Of a DNA stretch of 55,208 nucleotides, positions 41,438 to 49,680 are shown piece by piece (position 1 is the first letter of the stretch; each line of letters starts with the position of its first letter). Location of the stretch: assembly GCA_029858305.1 (NCBI GenBank), contig JAOUFI010000009.1, forward strand, positions 1 to 55,208, given 5' to 3'. The stretch comes from Candidatus Thorarchaeota archaeon (GTDB lineage Archaea > Asgardarchaeota > Thorarchaeia > Thorarchaeales > Thorarchaeaceae). The notes under the pieces are model-generated. The model did not search any database. It worked only from the letters and a program-made list of their open reading frames with translations, and was not told where the DNA came from. A program made the translations under genes and the position numbers.

Positions 41438-42466
41438 CTAGTCAGAGTCGCTAGTGTTATAGAACCTTTTCGTGAAATAGTAGAATAGCGCATGGAAACC
41501 AATCAGAGCCACGATAATAGGGACAAATAACAGGAATGAATTAACAGCCTCAAATGGTGCAGATAGAACTGGGAGAGCAGAGATCCAAAGGGTCAGCACT
41601 AATACCAAACCGGTTGATACGATAATAGATAAGAAGTATGATGAAAATCCTGCCAGACGATTATTCGTGATATTAAGAGGGTCATGAGCTATTTTGAAAA
41701 TCGATTGCAACTCATCCTCATTAGGAGGGGACTTACGAAAAACATGACACCTTGCTACATCAGGATGTGTGTTATATTCTATCAGGACGGGGTTTTTTTC
41801 TCTTACCCTGCCACCCGCAGCTAGCCAAATTCCTTCAGTAGTAATCATAATCCAATAGAATACCCAAAGGATACTGAGAGCTAAACTCGTGGTCAGTCCT
41901 ATCCATTGCACTTGGAAAAACGAAAATGGAACATATAGAAGCACCGGAAACCATGTACTGAGGACAGGTTGATCCTCCAAGTCTTTTAGGATGTCAGCAA
42001 GAACTATTTCTGCATTCTCTGGAGAAGTTAGTAGATCTTCTTCCGTTCTTTTAGAAATGACTATTGAGTGATACATGAGCCCTGATAGAGGAAGTAGCAC
42101 CTGTTTACTACTTTGAAGCATCCATAATTCAGCATGTCTTGAAAATCCCATACGTTTTTTTGCACGAGATATGATTTCTTCTAGCTCAGGGCAGGAATAG
42201 AGTTTTCTGAAACGTTTTCGTAATACCAACTGGAAACTAATTAGTATCAAGAGGATTACTGCAAGAGAAAACGTGAACCAGAGGAGGAGATTATACAGAC
42301 TAAATTGGAACGAAATTGGTCTGATATAATTAGTGAATGCTGGCATCAAAACTACCAGAAAAAAAACAATGTCTAGAGGCAATATACTGTATAAAAGATA
42401 GGGAGCATTACCTTCCCTTCCCACCCCCTTTTCAAAACCTATTTTATAATCCACTTCAGGATACAT
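41438..42466 (-). CDS. Multi-pass membrane protein of unknown function
   Basis: About 6 hydrophobic segments; GGAA upstream of the ATG. Confidence 0.65.
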   Translation of the reverse strand: MYPEVDYKIGFEKGVGREGNAPYLLYSILPLDIVFFLVVLMPAFTNYIRPISFQFSLYNLLLWFTFSLAVILLILISFQLVLRKRFRKLYSCPELEEIISRAKKRMGFSRHAELWMLQSSKQVLLPLSGLMYHSIVISKRTEEDLLTSPENAEIVLADILKDLEDQPVLSTWFPVLLYVPFSFFQVQWIGLTTSLALSILWVFYWIMITTEGIWLAAGGRVREKNPVLIEYNTHPDVARCHVFRKSPPNEDELQSIFKIAHDPLNITNNRLAGFSSYFLSIIVSTGLVLVLTLWISALPVLSAPFEAVNSFLLFVPIIVALIGFHALFYYFTKRFYNTSDSD

Positions 42467-42730
42467 TTCCTACCAGCCCGTACCATCAGAAATTCAGGAA
42501 GGATATAGTTTTTTCGTTGACTAGAGAATCCGCAGAGAAAAGCTCTGGCACGGTTTTAGGTAGAGATGTTTTTCGATGAGTTGATATGTTCACAGATGGA
42601 ACATTGAAGTGGAAGGGAAATTTGCATGTCTTTATCTTGCAAGACAAATCTGCAGACTATGGCCATAGGGACTCATTTCGCCAGACTGATGCATTTATTG
42701 AATGGTTCATGAATCTATCGAACATTAGTT

Positions 42731-42997
42731 GTGTTTTACAATTGGCCACTCGATGCGCTTTATTTTGCTCTCTTCCTTGTTGACTTCATTCCCTTCCTTA
42801 TGGTCTGGTTCCTGAAACCAGAATGGGAGTTTGGTATCCGGATCATTGATGTATTTTGGATAATAATACTAGCTGCAATCCTTTTGCCGACAGGAGTAGG
42901 ACCAGGGTTATTAGTTGTCTTTTGTGTTCAATTCCTAGTGCTTATCTGGCCAAGACCATTCATCACCGTGCCTGAGCTGAACCAGTTGCTGAAGTGA
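42731..42997 (+). CDS. Small membrane protein, possibly a fragment of a frameshifted gene
   Basis: About 3 TM segments; upstream frame interrupted; stop overlaps a Zn-ribbon ORF. Confidence 0.45.
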   Translation: MFYNWPLDALYFALFLVDFIPFLMVWFLKPEWEFGIRIIDVFWIIILAAILLPTGVGPGLLVVFCVQFLVLIWPRPFITVPELNQLLK

Positions 42998-43113
42998 AGA
43001 ACTTAGCTCAGATCAAATGTAACAACTGTGGAGCGACTTATGCGTATAATCTTGACTCTATTATTAACGGAGAGGTTGTCTGTCAGAACTGTGGAAAGTC
43101 CTTCAGAGTATAG
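42994..43113 (+). CDS. 39-aa zinc-ribbon ORF (or the frameshifted C-terminus of the previous gene)
   Basis: My translation is MKNLAQIKCNNCGATYAYNLDSIINGEVVCQNCGKSFRV; its GTG overlaps the upstream TGA. It is absent from the ORF track because of its size. Confidence 0.6.
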   Translation: MKNLAQIKCNNCGATYAYNLDSIINGEVVCQNCGKSFRV

Positions 43114-43191
43114 TTGGTTATAGCGCAATCCTTTTAACGGTTGTGTAAGAAATTTGCACAACCGACCCGTACAATGCGGAGTTTGATCATA

Positions 43192-43554
43192 ATGGTAGAA
43201 GACATCAGCTCATCAGAGCTAGACAAAGTAATCTCAGAGAATAAAGTAGTGTTCGTGGACTGCCACGCGGTTTGGTGTATGCCATGCAGAACCCTTGGCC
43301 CAATCCTTGAAGAAGTCCATGAAAAGTATCAGGGTAGAGGACTCAAGGTGGTCAAGATCGATGTTGACCACAACCGAGAATTCAGCATGCAGAATCAGAT
43401 TACTGGAGTCCCAAGCGTTCTCGTATATGCAGAGGGCAAGAGAGTCATCTTCGATGACGGTTATGGTAAGAAGAGTGACAAACTCGTCGGTGTCATGCCA
43501 CCTGAAGTCTATGAGCAGATTGCAGACAACCTCCTGGCTGAAGAGGCTGCATAA
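43192..43554 (+). CDS. Thioredoxin (WCMPC)
   Basis: FVDCHAVWCMPCR, KIDVD, ITGVP. Confidence 0.9.
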   Translation: MVEDISSSELDKVISENKVVFVDCHAVWCMPCRTLGPILEEVHEKYQGRGLKVVKIDVDHNREFSMQNQITGVPSVLVYAEGKRVIFDDGYGKKSDKLVGVMPPEVYEQIADNLLAEEAA

Positions 43555-43574
43555 TCATACTATCACACATCCTC

Positions 43575-43597
43575 CGAGGAAGGACTTTCCTTCCTCG
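43575..43597 (+). terminator. Stem-loop between the tandem thioredoxin genes
   Basis: CGAGGAAGGA-ctt-TCCTTCCTCG, a perfect 10-bp stem. Confidence 0.5.
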
Positions 43598-43681
43598 TGA
43601 GTATGACTTGTTTTACTAACTCGCTTGAGTCACAACATTATTAGCCTATTCAGAGAAACACACAACTGGTGCATACCCCAC

Positions 43682-44068
43682 ATGGTAAAAGATGTGACCC
43701 CTGAATATGTTGAGGAAACCATGAAGAAAACAAAACTGCTCTTCGTGGATTGTTGGGCTGCCTGGTGCGGACCGTGCAGGGCATTAAGTCCGATTCTGGA
43801 GGAGTTGGAACAGAAGTACAGTAATAATCCAGAAATCGGGTTTTTGAAAGTAAACACTGACGAACATCAGATATATGCAATTAAGAATCATATCATGGGA
43901 ATCCCGTGTGTTCTCATCTTCTTTAATGGAGAACCTGCTAAACTGAAGATCACAAACAAGGACACAGGGGTCACTACGATTCATGATAGATTGATCGGAC
44001 TGAGGCCTGCAGAGCACTTTGAGTATGCTATTGAATCATTGCTCGGCGGAAATCAAGAGTCTAGTTGA
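43682..44068 (+). CDS. Thioredoxin (WCGPC)
   Basis: FVDCWAAWCGPCR, KVNTD, IMGIP. Confidence 0.92.
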   Translation: MVKDVTPEYVEETMKKTKLLFVDCWAAWCGPCRALSPILEELEQKYSNNPEIGFLKVNTDEHQIYAIKNHIMGIPCVLIFFNGEPAKLKITNKDTGVTTIHDRLIGLRPAEHFEYAIESLLGGNQESS

Positions 44069-44132
44069 ACACATGATATTTTATTAGATATCGAAGCCTG
44101 TGTACACCTGTTCAAGTTTAGAGGTGCGAGAG

Positions 44133-44657
44133 ATGCCAATACTACCCTTTGGAGATAAGAGCCCTAGAATAGACCCTAAGGCATATGTTAGTGTACAGGC
44201 AACTATCGTCGGAGACGTCGAAGTTGGACCTGGAGCGAATGTTTGGCCAGGTGCAGTGATACGTGGAGACCTTTCTTCAGTCAGGATTAGCGAGAATACC
44301 TGCATTCAGGATAGTGCGGTGATTCATGCTCATAGTCAGGACAACCCCGCGATTATTGGTAATAATGTCATTGTCGGTACGGCTGCAGTACTTCATGGGG
44401 TTTACATTGGTGATAGTACCAGTATTGGAGAGGGATGTGTCATCTTTGATGGTGCCACTCTTGGTGAAGGAGTCATGCTAGCTCCAGGGAGCATTGTCCC
44501 TGCAAATGTGGTCATTCCACCTCGCAGTCTCAATTCTGGAGTTCCAGCATCTCAGATTCGAGAGATATCGCGAGATGAAGTAGACAAGCATATTGTAAAG
44601 ACTGAGGCGATATCACAGGTCTTTCAAAAATTAAAACACTGGCAACAGATCGCCTAA
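44133..44657 (+). CDS. Gamma-carbonic anhydrase family hexapeptide-repeat protein
   Basis: IVGDVEVG, VIRGD, IQDSAVIH, LHG; GAGGTG RBS. Confidence 0.88.
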   Translation: MPILPFGDKSPRIDPKAYVSVQATIVGDVEVGPGANVWPGAVIRGDLSSVRISENTCIQDSAVIHAHSQDNPAIIGNNVIVGTAAVLHGVYIGDSTSIGEGCVIFDGATLGEGVMLAPGSIVPANVVIPPRSLNSGVPASQIREISRDEVDKHIVKTEAISQVFQKLKHWQQIA

Positions 44658-45785
44658 TCACATCGTTTCTCGAGCCAAAGAACCCAAGTTTTCCATTCCA
44701 TCATGAGTAAGGAGAACCACATCTGCTACTTTTGCCGAACCAACCTCAGGCAAGAACCTTGTAGGATGAAGTGTGAAGACCATACCCTCTCTCAAGGAGT
44801 ATTGACTCTTTGGTGAGATGTAAGGAGGTTCATGAAGATCTAAGCCAATCGAACTCCCGAGAGGCTGAACGAACGACTCTGGATGGACTCCTCGTCCACT
44901 CTTCTTTAGGATGTGGTTAGCCACTTCTTCAATACTTACATCAGGTTTCATTACTTTCTCTCCAGCCTTGATAGCGTGCAGGATAGAGTCGTGAAGTGCC
45001 CTTTGTCTTTCACTAGGTTTCCCCAGATGGATTGTCCGGGCAATTTCAGCAAAATATCCCGAGTGACTCACTGTGATGTCCAAGACAACAAAATCCTCGG
45101 TCTTAATCCGGTCTGGACCGGGTTGGGCAACTGGAAAGCGGGCATGGGTTCCAGAGAGTACTGCGGCACGTATCCCTCGCTGTTGTCCACCGGCTCCTCT
45201 CATTGCTGCTTCAATTTCTAAAGAGGCTTCATCTTCGGATTTGCCAGAAGCTACAATCTCCAGTGCAGTTCGAACACCAATCTCGGCAACTCTCACAGCT
45301 TGGCGGATTGCATCAATCTCAACAGGATCCTTGATGTGGCGTAATTTCCAGAGGGCTTGTGAAAAGTCTCGAAATCCAGCTTCAGGAAGGTTTGTCTTTA
45401 TTTTCTCGAATTCCCTGACTGATAGCCAATCATGTTGGAGACCTATCATACCCTTTGTCTGCCCCATTTCATTCAGTACACGCAATGCCTCATCCCAGAA
45501 AGCATTACCATGAGCACGAAACCAATCCTCAGATGCATCCGAGTTGAAAGTATGTATGGAACCTAGAATGGAATCTACTGCAGTATTACCTTGAAGATTG
45601 TCCGAGAGAATCAAATGCGGATGGCTTCCTTCTGCGATGATGCAACCAATTGGTACATTATGACCTGTACTCTCAAATCCAGTCAAGTATTGAACATCCT
45701 GCCGTCGTGTTACCACTAGAGAGTCGATCTCATCACGTTTCATAGCCCGATATACTCTCTCCAGCCGTTGAGGGGTATATTGCAT
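44658..45785 (-). CDS. M24 (Xaa-Pro peptidase/creatinase) fold protein with degenerate metal ligands
   Basis: YLTGF, LRHIKDPVEID, GYFAEIARTI, SIGLDLHEPP, LREGMVFTLHP. Confidence 0.85.
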   Translation of the reverse strand: MQYTPQRLERVYRAMKRDEIDSLVVTRRQDVQYLTGFESTGHNVPIGCIIAEGSHPHLILSDNLQGNTAVDSILGSIHTFNSDASEDWFRAHGNAFWDEALRVLNEMGQTKGMIGLQHDWLSVREFEKIKTNLPEAGFRDFSQALWKLRHIKDPVEIDAIRQAVRVAEIGVRTALEIVASGKSEDEASLEIEAAMRGAGGQQRGIRAAVLSGTHARFPVAQPGPDRIKTEDFVVLDITVSHSGYFAEIARTIHLGKPSERQRALHDSILHAIKAGEKVMKPDVSIEEVANHILKKSGRGVHPESFVQPLGSSIGLDLHEPPYISPKSQYSLREGMVFTLHPTRFLPEVGSAKVADVVLLTHDGMENLGSLARETM

Positions 45786-45910
45786 CTGGTCTACATCACT
45801 CTTTGAAAGTTAAGCAACTTAGAAACTACCTTGCTGCGCTCTTGTCGATTTTATTACCCCATTTAAGCTTCGTGTCGAGGTGTAGGACGAAAACAGAAAG
45901 CGGAAAGGAG

Positions 45911-45988
45911 TGGCGGGACCGCCCGGATTTGAACCGGGGATAACCAACTCCGCAGGCTGGTGCCTTATCCAGGCTAGACTACGGCCCC
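45911..45988 (-). tRNA. tRNA-Arg(GCG), CCA encoded
   Basis: Reverse complement GGGGCCGTAGTCTAGCCTGGATAAGGCACCAGCCT-GCG-GAGTTGGTTATCCCCGGTTCAAATCCGGGCGGTCCCGCCA; all stems pair. Confidence 0.93.
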
Positions 45989-46028
45989 ATTTTACGAGGG
46001 GCTGGATTTGACTCATAAAGTCTTCGTT
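45989..46028 (-). promoter_or_regulatory. tRNA upstream module P (BRE/TATA-like AACGAAGACTTTATG), repeated at ~47194-47233, ~48217-48256 and degenerately at ~46744-46790
   Basis: TTTATG lies ~26 bp upstream of the mature tRNA 5' end; near-identical copies precede the pseudo-tRNAs. Confidence 0.7.
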
Positions 46029-46125
46029 ACGATAATTGATAGTATATTCCAATTCTGAATTCTGAAATTATTAATTCTCATTTTCTGTTTCAGATTGCAC
46101 TTTCTCCATTTTCCCTTCCGAAGTA

Positions 46126-46719
46126 CTAGACGTTCTGTTTCTTGCTATGGTTTTTTGCTAAAACCTCTTGTGCAGCTGTTCCAATCCAATCACTTCTCTC
46201 AGCTATTTTCTCAATAGCTTCTTGATAGTAATGATGTTCACTGTCTTCTATCCGCTCATTATACTTCAAAAGGAACTGCTTGAATCCATCATAAGAACGG
46301 TTCCATACTCGTGCTCTGAAAATCCAAACACTTGCTAATCGATCTGAGTACGGAGGAAATACCCATAGGAAAGCTGGGTGTCTGTACATACCAGCAATAA
46401 CGACTACGAGTGTCACTATTAGAAACAGCCACTCTCCAATTGATATCATCAAATAAGGGAAAATAACGTCTTGAGTGATGCCAACTCCGAGTCCAAGGCG
46501 GAACCCACTCATGTAACTCTTGGCAATCCAATACATCATTGAAACGAGTAAGACATATAGAACAAGGGTTCGTTTTAAGCCATTAAATAACTTTGAACCA
46601 AGTCTTTGAATCACAAGAGGACCTCTTTTCCATGTGAAAGCATAGTTTAAAGAGGGTAACACAAGAACTGTGATACATCCAACTAATGTCCAGAGCACGA
46701 CATCCATCCATTCTACCAC
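46126..46719 (-). CDS. Membrane protein of unknown function (in the tRNA-repeat array)
   Basis: 3 TM segments plus a soluble C-terminus. Confidence 0.7.
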   Translation of the reverse strand: MVEWMDVVLWTLVGCITVLVLPSLNYAFTWKRGPLVIQRLGSKLFNGLKRTLVLYVLLVSMMYWIAKSYMSGFRLGLGVGITQDVIFPYLMISIGEWLFLIVTLVVVIAGMYRHPAFLWVFPPYSDRLASVWIFRARVWNRSYDGFKQFLLKYNERIEDSEHHYYQEAIEKIAERSDWIGTAAQEVLAKNHSKKQNV

Positions 46720-46829
46720 CTATAAAGCAGTGACTAAGCCCCCATTAATAGAAGGGCGAGATTTAGCACATAAAGTCTTTGTCGTGAATTTAATTAGTTG
46801 ATTCAGATCGGTGTATGAACTTGTAGAAC

Positions 46830-47036
46830 TCAAACAAGAGGCAGCTTCATCATTGTAACTACAGCTCGTCCTCTTCGCTTCGTCACTCTGAGTGTGTGCT
46901 CAGAAGTCTGCAGTATAAAGTCTTCTCCTTCCTCCAAGTTTTCGAGAACTGTTCTCCCCATAGGGCCATTCAGATATTTGGTGAAACGTGCCACTACTTT
47001 TTCTTCATTTGTGACATGGTTGCCAACAATACTCAT
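46830..47036 (-). CDS. Small soluble hypothetical protein
   Basis: GAGGT RBS and a TTTATA box ~40 bp upstream; globular alpha/beta-like composition. Confidence 0.7.
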   Translation of the reverse strand: MSIVGNHVTNEEKVVARFTKYLNGPMGRTVLENLEEGEDFILQTSEHTLRVTKRRGRAVVTMMKLPLV

Positions 47037-47115
47037 TTTTGAAACCTCACGTCATAATTCAATATCAGAATGAGGCATATAAAGTCCGACTGACTGTAGA
47101 AATGAGAAGAAAAAG

Positions 47116-47193
47116 TGGCCGTACCGCCCGGATTTGAACCAGGGATAACCAACTCCGCAGGCTGGTGCCTTATCCAGGCTAGACTACGGCCCC
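47116..47193 (-). pseudogene. tRNA-Arg(GCG) pseudocopy with acceptor-stem mismatches
   Basis: Differs from 45911..45988 at 3 positions: acceptor 3' strand CGGTACG (G1:G and G3:A mismatches) and one T-stem C>T that gives a U-G pair. Confidence 0.8.
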
Positions 47194-47539
47194 ATTTTAC
47201 GAGGGGCCGGATTTAACTCATAAAGTCTTCGTTGTGAAAAGACAATAGAAGGATTATAGGGCCGTGAGTATCATTCAAAGTGAAGTTGGAGTCCTACTGC
47301 AGTACAATCTGCTCTTTTTATCACACAGGGTTTACCTCCAAATATCTAAAAATTAAACATTCGCCATCTTCTGGATAATCGAGCACCACATTATCCAACG
47401 AACCGATGAAACAGCTTGTACGTCCACTCATAATGTTGTTTACAGATGAGTCTAGTTCATAATAAATGACTCAGATGATCGATTTCCAATCCGATGTTGT
47501 TGGAAAAGAGAATCTCTTCATAGTCAGATTTCGTTCTGT

Positions 47540-47911
47540 TTATGGGCTTGACGATGACTTGCTTGGAAAAGCATTGGGTATTACAAACCTAAGCATTAGC
47601 AGCAAACATGCAAGAGCAGAGAAACCCAATTCACCAGTAACAATTTGAAGCCAGATGGCAATTGCCGATACACCGAGAGTCCAAAGAATATATCGTACTA
47701 AGTTCCAAAAAAAAGTGTGTTCATAGTAAGATTCGCAGTACCAAATGATTATTGAAGAGGGCACTTTTTCCTCATTCAAGGCACGTACATGAACCTTCAT
47801 CATATAAAGCAGTACTTCAGATAACAGGAGAAGGAAAACACCGACTACTGGAAGACCCAGAATTGTCGCTAGATCATCCATAGCCGGTATTTGAATCACT
47901 AATACATTCAC
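47540..47911 (-). CDS. Small membrane protein (in the tRNA-repeat array)
   Basis: 3 TM segments; lies directly downstream of repeat module A. Confidence 0.65.
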   Translation of the reverse strand: MNVLVIQIPAMDDLATILGLPVVGVFLLLLSEVLLYMMKVHVRALNEEKVPSSIIIWYCESYYEHTFFWNLVRYILWTLGVSAIAIWLQIVTGELGFSALACLLLMLRFVIPNAFPSKSSSSP

Positions 47912-48138
47912 TCCTCATCTCAACTACCCTTCCTCCGGCACACGACAACTGAATCTCAGTTGGTCCCCTGTACTGAATACACTTGCCTCGGTTAATAAAC
48001 TTGTCATTTTTTGTATTTGCACAAAATTGTATCCAATCTCCACTACATTCAAGGGTGGTATCCTGCAAACAAATAACTAATTCGAGGTAGATATCACTAG
48101 CTACCTCTTTGCTTTGAGCACAAGTCTATAAGAAATAA
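47911..48138. repeat. Module A copy 1 (~230-bp non-coding direct repeat of ~49681-49905)
   Basis: Shared blocks CACGACAACTGAATCTCAGTTGGT, TTAATAAACTTGT, ATTTGCACAAAATT, ACTAATTCGAGGTAGATATCACTA, ATAAGAAATAA. Confidence 0.9.
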
Positions 48139-48216
48139 TGGCGGGACCGCCCGGATTTGAACCGGGGACACCCAACTTGTTACGCTCGCGCCTTATCCAG
48201 GCTAGACTACGTCCCC
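48139..48216 (-). pseudogene. tRNA-Arg-derived pseudo-tRNA with a scrambled anticodon arm
   Basis: D arm, T arm and CCA end retained; the anticodon arm reads CGAGC-GTAACAA-GTTGG and the acceptor has an A5:G mismatch. Confidence 0.8.
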
Positions 48217-48289
48217 ATTTTTCATGGGGCTAATTTTGACTAATAGAGTCTTCGTTGTGAATTATCAAATAGAAATAATTGTTTGTAAT

Positions 48290-48616
48290 TCACTGCTTCG
48301 TTTCTTCATGCATTAAGCTAGAGTTTTTCTTTCGTTTCACATAGTAGAATGTGGCTACACAAGAGCCGAAGATAAAAAAGACAGATGGTATGATAAAGAA
48401 GGCAGTGAAGGATACAACTGATGGTACCTTTGTACAATAATCGGGTAATAGTAAGTTTATAGTTAAGAAAGCCAATGATCCAATCCAAAAGCCAGATCCA
48501 CTAAGAACTTTACTATCGTGTCCTAGTTTGATTTCTCTTCTTCTTATAAGGAATTCTGAAACGAACGATGCAAATGCTGGTATGGTGAGTATCACCATGA
48601 TTTCTTGTATTAGCAA
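48290..48616 (-). CDS. Small membrane protein (in the tRNA-repeat array)
   Basis: GGAGGTGA RBS before TTG; 3 TM segments; basic C-terminal tail. Confidence 0.7.
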   Translation of the reverse strand: MLIQEIMVILTIPAFASFVSEFLIRRREIKLGHDSKVLSGSGFWIGSLAFLTINLLLPDYCTKVPSVVSFTAFFIIPSVFFIFGSCVATFYYVKRKKNSSLMHEETKQ

Positions 48617-48663
48617 TCACCTCCACAGTTTGTTCTGTCTATAGATTCACCTCGTATTCAAAA

Positions 48664-48870
48664 TTATTGTTCTTCCAAGCTCTGTTGGAAAACGCATTGA
48701 GCAACATGAAAAACCCATGCCAAGGCAAATAATTTGAACAACACGTAGAGAGGAAGTCCAATGAATAACCTATCAAATGCTGCAGCTCCACTCAGTCCTT
48801 GGTACACAGAGGTGATGAAGCTTCCTACGAGGAAAAGAACTGCTGATAAAAGAAGCATTATACCTGTCAT
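48664..48870 (-). pseudogene. Probable 5'-truncated membrane-protein remnant
   Basis: 2 TM segments; its ATG is at the edge of repeat module B, only a few bp from the TATA-like box. Confidence 0.4.
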
Positions 48871-48933
48871 GAGTCATATAAAGTCCGATTGACTGTATGA
48901 TTGACGAGAATGAGTGGCGGGACCGCCCGGATT
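48869..48933 (-). repeat. tRNA-Arg 3'-end fragment (48915-48933) plus module B (copy of ~47070-47115)
   Basis: TGGCGGGACCGCCCGGATT matches the last 19 nt of both intact tRNAs; CATATAAAGTCCGA(C/T)TGACTGTA is shared with 47076-47098. Confidence 0.85.
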
Positions 48934-49217
48934 CTCATCAGGTTGAAGAATGACGAAGAGGAGTGTTGGACAATAACTCTAATCAAATGTCTTAAAGATG
49001 TCAGGTTGTTTTCCGTCAAATCTCATTCATGGACGTACCCAACACTCCATGAATGGGTACGTGGCAGATGAGCCTTGTTCATTTAGAGAACTCATGAGAT
49101 TAACCTCATTCTCATCTCTTCTACTCTAATTGGATCTATAAGGTTCAATAAATCAGGTTTATTTCATTGATATTCATCTATTCATTTCAATCTACAACAG
49201 TACATTATTGTGCTCGT

Positions 49218-49610
49218 TCATGGAGTGATAGAACTGTCTGAATTAGTAGAACATGATAATTCTTCTAACTGTCGGGATATTAATGAACCAATTATCATCA
49301 TTGAAAAATGCAGAACTAGTACTGCAAATACAAATGGAGGCCAACTGGAGTACAATATCGGGTTCGAATACCAGATCACACTCCACACTATACAGAGTGA
49401 AATAGGAAGAAGAAAAATCAAAACCTGGTATTCAGTTGAATGCTCACTTACTATAATTTTGTAAGCTGAATTATCATACCAAGTTTGGGGGGAGAAAGGG
49501 CTTTCTATCCTATCCAACTTTAGGCGTAACTTCACTCTTTGAATGGCAACATTGACTAGTATTAAGAGGGAAGATAAAATTATAAAGATGATAAATAAGA
49601 GTTCCTCCAT
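49218..49610 (-). CDS. Small membrane protein (in the tRNA-repeat array)
   Basis: 3 TM segments; downstream of module A copy 2; weak similarity to 47540..47911. Confidence 0.65.
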   Translation of the reverse strand: MEELLFIIFIILSSLLILVNVAIQRVKLRLKLDRIESPFSPQTWYDNSAYKIIVSEHSTEYQVLIFLLPISLCIVWSVIWYSNPILYSSWPPFVFAVLVLHFSMMIIGSLISRQLEELSCSTNSDSSITP

Positions 49611-49680
49611 TTCTCGCCCGTTCCTAAAATCACAATACTTAGTGTTTCAATGCATACAATTCTTTTCCTGGATATAGTTA

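Noticed and set aside
42626-42997. Selenocysteine read-through of the in-frame TGA upstream of 42731
   Set aside because: There is no redox-motif context and no SECIS that I can recognise; decay or a frameshift is simpler.
45819-46052. 77-aa ORF, and the similar ORF at 49844..50071
   Set aside because: Both are translations through tRNA genes, and their mutual similarity is just the tRNA sequence.
47874-48068. Short ORFs inside module A (also 49580..49804 and 49650..49847)
   Set aside because: Reading frames are not preserved between the two copies of the repeat.
49033-49062. 9-bp inverted repeat ACGTACCCA..TGGGTACGT
   Set aside because: Single occurrence, not shared with other array units, and could be chance.
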